DNA of 64,000 nt, taken from Lama guanicoe (taxonomy: Eukaryota). The stretch spans positions 865,379-929,378 of the forward strand of contig MU053754.1 in assembly GCA_013239625.1 (NCBI GenBank), given 5' to 3'. A program made the translations under genes and the position numbers. The notes beneath the pieces were generated by a model. The model had not been told where the DNA came from, did no database searches, and was given only the letters and a program-made list of their open reading frames with translations. Of this stretch, positions 14,219-23,798 are shown in pieces (within the stretch, counting starts at the first letter, position 1; every line of letters starts with the position of its first letter).

Positions 14219-14580
14219 TGTCTCAGTCTGTTCAGGCTGCTGTACAGAGTGCCATGGACTGGGTGGTTTACCAACAACAGACGTTTGTCTCTCACAGTTC
14301 TGGAAGCTGGAAGCCCGAGGTCAAGGCGCCAGTGGATTCAGTGTCTCCTGAAGGCCTGCTTCCTGGTCCGTAGACAGCCGTCATCTTGCCGTGTGTCCAT
14401 GCAGTGGAAGGTATGAGGGGGCTCTCCGGGATCTCTTTTCTAGGGGCACTAATCCCATTCATGAGGGCCGCACCATCATGACTTCATCCCCTCCGACAGG
14501 ACCCGCTTCCTAATACCATCACATTGGGGGTTAGGATTCCAACATGGGAGTGGAGGTGGGGTGGGGACACAGCCAGTAAC
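14219..14580 (-). mobile_element. MLT1A-like solo LTR
   Basis: TGTCTCAGTCTGTTCAGGCTGCT..TCTCACAGTTCTGGAAGCTGGAAG..GGCACTAATCCCATTCATGAGGG..TAATACCATCACATTGGGGGTTAGGATT. Confidence 0.85.
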
Positions 14581-14783
14581 TATTCTATGTGGTGCGCGGA
14601 AAAGATGCTCCTGTACGTATCGTACGTCCGCTCTGACAAGCACAGCCAGCCTGTGCGGGAGACAGTGGGGGTGCCCGATGTAAACACAGATACTAGCAAA
14701 GAAGTGTGTGAACGCCCGGACTTAAGGAGCTAGATGTTGAGAGTTGTTGACATGTATGGGCAGCTGTACAAAAACGGGTTAAA

Positions 14784-15032
14784 AAAATGTGTGGTTGATT
14801 GATTATCTGGGAAAATGTTGCTTAAGTTGCTTCCTCAACTTGAAAAAGGAACAGCTGTTTCAGGAGGTAAGTGTTCATTAACTCACTTACCTGTTTTGCA
14901 ATGAGTATTTTAAAATGTGTGGTTGATTGTCTGCAAAATGTTGTTTAAGTTGCCTCTTCAACGTGAAAAAGGAACGGCTGTTGTAAAAGGTAAGTGTTCA
15001 TTAACTCACTTATCCCTTTTACAATGAGTATT
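14784..15032 (+). repeat. Diverged tandem duplication (2 x ~125 bp), each copy containing a hairpin
   Basis: Copies 14784-14911 and 14912-15032 share AAAATGTGTGGTTGATTG, TGAAAAAGGAAC, GGTAAGTGTTCATTAACTCACTTA and CAATGAGTATT. Confidence 0.92.
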
Positions 15033-16153
15033 GATTTGTTTGGTCTCTGTCCTGTGCAAGGATTGGGTTAAGCATTAGAGAGAAAAATAGCAAACAAAAC
15101 GAATTTCCAAGCAAACTGCATAGTTCCTCCCTCCCTTTACCAAATCTTGGTAAAGACAAATGTTAAGCAAACGGTTTTTAGAATGTGAGTTATGTATGTG
15201 TTACCCGACATGAGGGAGTCACTCGTGTGACTTCTATGTGGGAAAAGCAGGTCATTTTCTGTAACAGTGACACTGGAATTGAAGTCAGAAAAAGGTAAAT
15301 GAAGATTTTTACTTCAAGAGCAAGTCATCCAGGCGAGTTCTTAACCACACCCCTGTGGACACTGATGCTCTGAGGTGGCCAAATTCAGTGGTGTTAAACT
15401 CAGGACCGAGGTCTCAGTTTTTCCTGCTCCACGTCTAGCTAAGTTTCTTCCCATCACATCGTGTTTTCTCTTCCAGTCTACTTAGTTTAGGAACAATAGC
15501 TTAGAAATGTTCTTTTTGATTTCAGTGTCTTTGACTTACACTTTGGCATTTTCATTTGGTTTTCTTCTGTGTAGATTTAACTTATGTAAGTGTGTTTATC
15601 CCTTGATTAAGGTTAATTATTATTTAATCAAAGTGCGTCAACCAAATCCTTAAAAAAAAAAAAACCCTCTACGCCATTTTATATTACTTAGTGCTATTCT
15701 TTTAAAATAGCGAAGGAAAACTTGTACCATCCAAGAAACATTACAGCTCAGAGTGAATTTGACCTCCCCAGACATATTTTAAGACATTCCCATATGTGTG
15801 ATAACTTTTTCTTTTTCCCGACAAGAACAAAAACAGATTTATCTAGAGATTTATTAGCAAAACCTACTTTTGTGGCAAAATTAGTGTGAATCTAACCTCT
15901 GAGATTTGCACAAACAAAACAAGAAATTAAAAAAAAAAAGAACTTTCCAGTTAACCTCTCGTTCACAAGATAGAGCATATTTCAAAAACCCTCTGTGCAC
16001 GAGGAACTTCGGCGTCTGTTTTAGATGTTGGATGATTTGGGGTTCTTCCATGAAAGGATTTTTAGGTCTCCATTGGAAATGAAAACAGACTTAAATTCTG
16101 AAAACTGAAATGCTTAAAAACAAAGCTTATGATTCTGCTTTTGTTCCTTACAG

Positions 16154-16164
16154 CCGTGCAAATG
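16154..16164 (+). other. Candidate 11-nt microexon (CCGTGCAAATG)
   Basis: Flanked by the acceptor TTCTGCTTTTGTTCCTTACAG and the donor ATG|GTAAGC. No transcript evidence. Confidence 0.3.
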
Positions 16165-16573
16165 GTAAGCTTAGATTGGGGTTGAAAAGTGAAAGGAAAA
16201 AACACAGATATGTTACTGGCTTGTACACCGTGCAGCCGCAGTGAATTGTGTAAGCCTAGGGAGTGAAAAGGAAGCAAGATTGTCACGTTTCTGCTTCGGG
16301 ACTGAGATTTCATTGTATGTGATTTTTTTGTTGTTGTTTTGTTTTGTTTTTTCTCCACTGGGATTTTATCGCCGACTAATGCTGCAATGATTGTGCGTGT
16401 GGAATGGGCTCATGTCTCATCAGTATTTATTCTTAGCAAGACTATGCCTTTTCCCAAACGTAGTACAATAATGCCAAAAGTGTAGTAGTCTTAGGTTATT
16501 CTAGGTCAAATCGCATTTACCGTGAGTCCTTGTGGGAACTGTCTATCTAAACGGCTTTTCCAGAAGAAAGTTC

Positions 16574-16662
16574 AGTCCTCCTGGAACTTCACACAGGGGT
16601 GAGTTAGAAGATAAAATGTGTCGAAAGGGTCCAGGAGACCTACGTAGATGGTGATGCCAGTG
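16574..16662 (+). repeat. ~90 bp dispersed direct repeat, copy 1
   Basis: AGTCCTCCTGGAACTTCACACAGGGGTGAGTT..GAAAGGGTCCAGGA..CCTACGTAGATG recurs at 17498-17590. Confidence 0.9.
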
Positions 16663-17497
16663 TAATTCCGCTGGATGGGAAACAGGGAAAGAAGCATGCT
16701 TGGGGAAGAGTGAAGCACGTGCCCCATAGACGTACACGTCCTCTGTCCGGAGCAGCTCTACCTACTCTCCAGCTCAGTCCTGGGGGGAGGTCAGCCTCAC
16801 CTTGACGCCTGGATCCTGGTGAGGCCTGGCGGCATTTTAGAAGCCCAGTGCTATACTATCGTTGAGATTTGGAACTGGTCTTGCTAAAGGTGCCCTGAGG
16901 GTCTGCAGTGGTCCATCAAACTGGCTCTTGTCCCCGATCTCAGATGCAAGCCGGGTTCCCTGCTCAACAGGGAACCAGCAGTAATGCTTCGGAGCACAGT
17001 CCTTCCTCTGTCCATGTCCTGAACCATCAGACCCTCCCGTCCTTTCCCCATCAGTGTGCCTGGGCCTCCCCTCATGCCCAACCATCTCCTTAGGGACGTA
17101 TCACTAATACCCACTGATTCCTAGAATTTTCAGGCCGGGATGAGCCAGATGCTTCCTCATGTGGGTTTCCAGGAGGTGGGAGGAGGAAGGAGTTCAGGGA
17201 TCATCTCTCATGGAGTCACGTTGTTTTTAAGAACGGTGGGCTTGTGAAAGGGGGCATGTGGCCACAGACAGTTCCTGGAGCCCCCGGATCTGCGGGAGCA
17301 CTTTCTAACACAGTCCTTTGGGGCAAAGAAAAGCAGAGCTGGCAGACACGTGGAAACTGTCTGCTCTCACCCCAGTTCCCTGCCAGAACCAGGGACGAAG
17401 TCCAGTCTGCCGAAAACTTCATTGAGCTGGTGTTGGCACAGATTGAGATCCAAACGTGCTTCATTTTACATACTCAGACCTCAAGTATTTAAACAGT

Positions 17498-17590
17498 AGT
17501 CCTCCTGGAACTTCACACAGGGGTGAGTTCGAAGACAAAAATGCATTGAAAGGGTCCAGGACACCTCCTACGTAGATGACCATGTCAGTG
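17498..17590 (+). repeat. ~90 bp dispersed direct repeat, copy 2
   Basis: The first 32 nt are identical to those starting at 16574 and the remainder is diverged. Confidence 0.9.
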
Positions 17591-17960
17591 GCAGATTTGA
17601 GTGCATCTCCCATTAAATCATGTGTCTTCCCTGATCTTGGTCACATCTCCCCACCAGGGCTCCACCCAGAGCAGAGGTTAATTACTTCCAGGAGGCTATT
17701 TTACCAAATGATTCCTGATGGGGAAGGGGGCATTTGAGACACTGACTGGACAACTTAGTTTGTGGGGAGATACTCATTCTGGTGGGAGCAATGGGCCTGT
17801 GTTAGACATTTCATGCTGCACACAGCTCAGGAGTGGCACATAGCTAGGAACCTTATGTGATTCTGGTTATGTGGTTTCTGGGAGAGGAAATATCGTTGTG
17901 TTTTTACTGGAAGAGCACCTGAGGAGGGAGTCAGCTTTCGATAAGGAAGAACACACTGAG

Positions 17961-17990
17961 CTTCTGGAAGCTTCTAGAAGCTTCTAGAAT
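17961..17990. promoter_or_regulatory. Perfect six-pentamer heat shock element (HSF-binding motif)
   Basis: cTTCt gGAAg cTTCt aGAAg cTTCt aGAAt gives six contiguous alternating nTTCn/nGAAn units. The motif is certain but function is untested. Confidence 0.5.
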
Positions 17991-18338
17991 CTGAAAAGCA
18001 TGATTTCCAGAGTTGTTGGTGCTTCCGTGTCATAATGGCTTGTACAATTCATGTTACCCTCCCCAGAGGGCAAGGAGACAGACAGAAATCAAGCAAAGGA
18101 AACCCACTTTTCTCAAGTTTGTTTTACTGGAGTTTTGGTTTTGTTCTGTTCTGTTTTTTAAAGAATGCTATAATTTTTGAAAGTTTGAAAATACTGGTGT
18201 GGATTAGCCAAGATTAGACATGTTGCTGTTTTCACTGGAGCAAGGATGGTCATGTCTGTGCCCTGCCCTCAGAGAGCTCACAGTCTGTTGCAGGGGAGAC
18301 ACACTGTGAAGCGTCACTGTTTGTAGAGTCAGTATTTG

Positions 18339-18930
18339 CAGGTTACCTCACTTGCTTACGTGTATTTTCAGCCCCCAGACCAACACTCGCCATGTACCTG
18401 TGATCATCCGTGGACAAGCACATGGTGAAAATTCTTAGTGGAGCAGCTCCCGTGGTCCCCCTGAAGTCAGAGCTCTGCCTGACTTTCTCAGCTCGCCTAC
18501 TCCCAACAGGTGTCCTTAACTGGTCTAAAAAGTTGCTCACATTTTTGTGATTTCGGTTGACGATTTCGCTGCTTAAAATGACTGTGGGCGTGGTCTGAAG
18601 TCCCAGGGCGGTGTTCCTCCTTGCGGGAAGATGGCGGCGTGTCTTATGGAGAAAGCACGAGTCAAATAAGCTTCGTTCAGGGATGAGCTAGAGGGCTGGT
18701 GGGCGTGCGCTCAGTGTTAGTGTGTCAGCAGTATCGCTCCAGTACGGATCTTCCTGTGGAAATGTGTGAAACGAGGTTACGCACTGATCCAGGGATTCAG
18801 TGTCGGGCCCGGAGCTTGCAGGCACCTGACCCTGTGTTTCCTCCAGGGGCAATGGACCAGTGTACCCTAATTCAGTGAGTGTGGTGCTTTATAGAACAGT
18901 AACACCAGAAGGGAGGAGGGTTGGCTCTGT
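18339..18930. mobile_element. TcMar-Tigger non-autonomous DNA transposon relic (MER82-like); partial copies at 21152-21415 and 23799-24062
   Basis: ..ATAAGCTTCGTTCAGGGATGAG..GCAGGCACCTGACCCTGTGTTTCCTCCAGGGGCAATGG..CTAATTCAGTG..CTTTATAGAACA resembles the recalled Tigger-derived consensus. Confidence 0.6.
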
Positions 18931-19454
18931 GTATGCATGCAGCCACGTTACTGGGCTACAGGAGGCATACACGGGTGTCACGAGAACAGAATAGCCTCAC
19001 CCAGAAAAGGGAGGGCACTGTGCGGCCCAGCCTAACTCTACCTCACAGCCATAAACACCAGCTCTGGAAAACCATCTGCTGTCTTGGTGACCACGCCTAC
19101 CTGTAGCTTGATTCTCCCACCAGCTGACAAGTCCCTGGAGTAGTGACCGTTATCTAGATAATTTTGGACTGCTGACAGCTAAACAATAGAAAGGAGATTG
19201 AAAATATTCTCCTGGATACTGTAGTACCAAAGATTTCACATAGATGCAGACTTGTTGTGTAGAAAAGGCCCTTTAAAAGATACTGCAAGTGCCAAATGCG
19301 ACCAAAGTGAGATTAGTGTTGTGTTTTAAATATTAATGCAAAGTTCCAAATAAAATCTTGGCTCATAGAAACTTGTTTCCCTTTTCCCAGTGTTCCCTTT
19401 GTACGATAAATTACCTGGCCAAGAGCCAGAGTGACGTTTTGAAAATATAAACTG

Positions 19455-19736
19455 AGGGGGTAGAGACGGATGAACAGGTGGAGCACTGAAGAGTTTTAGG
19501 GCCGTGCAGTGATTCTGGATGACACTCTAATGCTGGATACATGGCATGATACCTTTGTCCAAACCCACAGGCTGTTCAGCACGAAGCGTGAGCCCTGATG
19601 TTAAGTGTGGTCTGTGGGTGATCATGATGTGTCAGCACAGGGTCTTCACCTGTCACAAAAGTACCATCTGGTGGGGGATGTTGATACGGGAGTGAGGGTA
19701 TGTGCATGGTGGGGACAAGGGTATATGGGAACCCCA
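19455..19736 (+). mobile_element. L1MC1/2-like 3' end (more complete copies at ~21920-22270 and ~24570-24915)
   Basis: ..TTTGTCCAAACCCACAG..GTACCATCTGGTGGGGGATGTTGATA..GGGTATATGGGAA; the longer copies continue ..GCTGTGAGTCTAAAACTGCT. Confidence 0.75.
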
Positions 19737-20482
19737 AAATTCAAATCAACTGCAGCCAGATCCCCTTTGTTGACTTTAAAGTTTCATCTGGAGTGAAAGA
19801 AAAGCCAGAAAAATACTGAAGAGAGAAATTATGGGGCATTGGAACATACGGACCTATAAAATTAAAGCAATAATAAACACATCCTGGAAACAGACACATG
19901 AGAAAAGCAAGGAGATGGTAACAGACAGCTGGAAGCAGTAGCTCATAAAGCCGGCATTCCAGATCTGTCATGAAAAAATGGATTGCTGTGACGGAAACTG
20001 GATGTCTCTCACTCCACACAACAAAAGGCGTTATATAGGTTTTTTTAATTACATGTAGTAAACAAACTATAACACCACAAGAAAAAAATACCCATGGGTG
20101 ACTTTTGTAATGTTCTATTGAAGAAAATATTCTCATGTATGGTGATTAGAAATGATTGTGTGAAGGAAAACCTTGATATTTATTCTATATGCAAAATACA
20201 CTGTCTAAAAATGCAGAGGACATAATTCCCTGAAAACAAATGGCCATACATCCGTAAGCAAAAATTGACATCCATTATTGACCCCTCAAAATAGCCTTCA
20301 CAGTCAACAAAACAAAAATGAAGACATGAATAGGCAATTTCCAGAGTAAGAGAAAAAAATATCCAATAAACACATAAAGAAAACAAACCTCTCTGCTGTC
20401 CCACCTGCCGAAAAATAATTTTGCAAGATTTTACTTTTTTTTCAATTATTTTGGCAAAGATTTAACAATGTAGTAACATTAT

Positions 20483-20642
20483 GGTTTTTGGGGGGTTTTT
20501 TAAACATTTTTTATTGATTTATAATCATTTTACAATGTTGTGTCAAATTCCAGTGTTCAGCACAATTTTTCAGTCATTCATGGACATATACACACTCATT
20601 GTCACATTTTTTTCTCTGTGAGTTATCATAACATTTTGTGTA
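20483..20642 (-). mobile_element. Young L1 3' end running into a gap (second copy at 23046-23135)
   Basis: T-rich tail, then AACATTTTTTATTGATTTATAATCATTTTACAATGTTGTGTCAAATTCCAGTG, the reverse complement of the sequence at 42640-42715. Confidence 0.8.
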
Positions 20643-21151
20643 NNNNNNNNNNNNNNNNNNNNNNNNNNNNNNNNNNNNNNNNNNNNNNNNNNNNNNNNNN
20701 NNNNNNNNNNNNNNNNNNNNNNNNNNNNNNNNNNNNNNNNNNNNNNNNNNNNNNNNNNNNNNNNNNNNNNNNNNNNNNNNNNNNNNNNNNNNNNNNNNNN
20801 NNNNNNNNNNNNNNNNNNNNNNNNNNNNNNNNNNNNNNNNNNNNNNNNNNNNNNNNNNNNNNNNNNNNNNNNNNNNNNNNNNNNNNNNNNNNNNNNNNNN
20901 NNNNNNNNNNNNNNNNNNNNNNNNNNNNNNNNNNNNNNNNNNNNNNNNNNNNNNNNNNNNNNNNNNNNNNNNNNNNNNNNNNNNNNNNNNNNNNNNNNNN
21001 NNNNNNNNNNNNNNNNNNNNNNNNNNNNNNNNNNNNNNNNNNNNNNNNNNNNNNNNNNNNNNNNNNNNNNNNNNNNNNNNNNNNNNNNNNNNNNNNNNNN
21101 NNNNNNNNNNNNNNNNNNNNNNNNNNNNNNNNNNNNNNNNNNNNNNNNNNN
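20643..21151. other. Assembly gap (N run)
   Basis: N bases. Confidence 1.
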
Positions 21152-23135
21152 ATAAGCTTCGTTCAGGGATGAGCTAGAGGGCTGGTGGGCGTGCGCTCAG
21201 TGTTAGTGTGTCAGCAGTATCGCTCCAGTACGGATCTTCCTGTGGAAATGTGTGAAACGAGGTTACGCACTGATCCAGGGATTCAGTGTCGGGCCCGGAG
21301 CTTGCAGGCACCTGACCCTGTGTTTCCTCCAGGGGCAATGGACCAGTGTACCCTAATTCAGTGAGTGTGGTGCTTTATAGAACAGTAACACCAGAAGGGA
21401 GGAGGGTTGGCTCTGTGTATGCATGCAGCCACGTTACACGGGTGTCACGAGAACGAAATAGCCTCACCCAGAAAAGGGAGGGCACTGTGCGGCCCAGCCT
21501 AACTCTACCTCACAGCCATAAACACCAGCTCTGGAAAACCATCTGCTGTCTTGGTGACCACGCCTACCTGTAGCTTGATTCTCCCACCAGCTGACAAGTC
21601 CCTGGAGTAGTGACCGTTATCTAGATAATTTTGGACTGCTGACAGCTAAACAATAGAAAGGAGATTGAAAATATTCTCCTGGATACTGTAGTACCAAAGA
21701 TTTCACATAGATGCAGACTTGTTGTGTAGAAAAGGCCCTTTAAAAGATACTGCAAGTGCCAAATGCGACCAAAGTGAGATTAGTGTTGTGTTTTAAATAT
21801 TAATGCAAAGTTCCAAATAAAATCTTGGCTCATAGAAACTTGTTTCCCTTTTCCCAGTGTTCCCTTTGTACGATAAATTACCTGGCCAAGAGCCAGAGTG
21901 ACGTTTTGAAAATATAAACTGAGGGGGTAGAGACGGATGAACAGGTGGAGCACTGAAGAGTTTTAGGGCCGTGCAGTGATTCTGGATGACACTCTAATGC
22001 TGGATACATGGCATGATACCTTTGTCCAAACCCACAGGCTGTTCAGCACGAAGCGTGAGCCCTGATGTTAAGTGTGGTCTGTGGGTGATCATGATGTGTC
22101 AGCACAGGGTCTTCACCTGTCACAAAAGTACCATCTGGTGGGGGATGTTGATACGGGAGTGAGGGTATGTGCATGGTGGGGACAAGGGTATATGGGAACC
22201 CCATATCCCTTCCTCTCAATGTTGCTGTGAGTCTAAAACTGCTATCTAAATACCTAAATAATTTAAAGTCAAGTCTAATATATGTTACATATATGCATAC
22301 ATACACATAGTAGGTCAAGCTGCTCTCTTGTTTCTAAATCTTGCATTATCCCTAAAGGAAGGTCTATATTCCTTCACATAACCTGGCCCAAAGCTTATCA
22401 GATCTCATCTCCTGTCACTGTCCTTCTATTATTAGCAGATACAGGTACAGGTACTCTGAGATGCGAAGCTTAAATAGCTATTTTTTAAAAGAATATAAAA
22501 CGACAAAATCTGAAGTTCACTGCAGGGTCTTAGAATAGAAGGAGCCTTCCAAAGACTCATTAGTTTTATGGTAAATTCAGTATCAGTCATTAAGCCACTG
22601 CCAAACTGTCATTCTTTTAAAATGTTCATTGAAGAGGCCAAACCCGTTCCCAGCTCGAAGTGCTCATGTTAGCTCCAAGTTGGATCCTTCTCAACATTCA
22701 GCCACCGGAAGTGTCAGCTTTTCAGAGATGAGGCCTTGGGTGCCACATCTAACGTATTTCACACACACCCCAACTCCTAAACAATTCCCTGAAAACAAAT
22801 GGCCATACATCCGTAAGCAAAAATTGACGTCCATTATTGACCCCTCAAAATAGCTTCACAGTCAACAAAACAAAAATGAATGAAGACATGAACAGGCAAT
22901 TTCCAGAGTAAGAGAAAAAAATATCCAATAAACACATAAAAAAAACAAACCTCTCTGCTGTCCCACCTGCCGAAAAATAATTTTGCAAGATTTTACTTTT
23001 TTTTCAATTATTTTGGCAAAGATTTAACAATGTAGTAACATCATGTTTTTTTTTGTTTTTTTTAACATTTTTTATTGATTTATAATCATTTTACAATGTT
23101 GTGTCAAATTCCAGTGTTCAGCACAATTTTTCAGT
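21152..23135 (+). repeat. Segmental repeat, copy 2 (lacks ~1.3 kb at junction 22780/22783)
   Basis: CTCCTAA|AC|AATTCCC joins sequence equivalent to 25316 with sequence equivalent to 20224. Confidence 0.95.
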
Positions 23136-23798
23136 NNNNNNNNNNNNNNNNNNNNNNNNNNNNNNNNNNNNNNNNNNNNNNNNNNNNNNNNNNNNNNNNN
23201 NNNNNNNNNNNNNNNNNNNNNNNNNNNNNNNNNNNNNNNNNNNNNNNNNNNNNNNNNNNNNNNNNNNNNNNNNNNNNNNNNNNNNNNNNNNNNNNNNNNN
23301 NNNNNNNNNNNNNNNNNNNNNNNNNNNNNNNNNNNNNNNNNNNNNNNNNNNNNNNNNNNNNNNNNNNNNNNNNNNNNNNNNNNNNNNNNNNNNNNNNNNN
23401 NNNNNNNNNNNNNNNNNNNNNNNNNNNNNNNNNNNNNNNNNNNNNNNNNNNNNNNNNNNNNNNNNNNNNNNNNNNNNNNNNNNNNNNNNNNNNNNNNNNN
23501 NNNNNNNNNNNNNNNNNNNNNNNNNNNNNNNNNNNNNNNNNNNNNNNNNNNNNNNNNNNNNNNNNNNNNNNNNNNNNNNNNNNNNNNNNNNNNNNNNNNN
23601 NNNNNNNNNNNNNNNNNNNNNNNNNNNNNNNNNNNNNNNNNNNNNNNNNNNNNNNNNNNNNNNNNNNNNNNNNNNNNNNNNNNNNNNNNNNNNNNNNNNN
23701 NNNNNNNNNNNNNNNNNNNNNNNNNNNNNNNNNNNNNNNNNNNNNNNNNNNNNNNNNNNNNNNNNNNNNNNNNNNNNNNNNNNNNNNNNNNNNNNNNN
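23136..23798. other. Assembly gap (N run)
   Basis: N bases. Confidence 1.

Larger units (their letters stand above)
18666..20642 (+). repeat. Segmental repeat, copy 1 (lacks the equivalent of 24851-26130)
   Basis: Near-identical to 21152-22203 and 23799-24850, then jumps (CCCCA|AAATTC at ~19736) to sequence seen at 26131. Confidence 0.95.
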
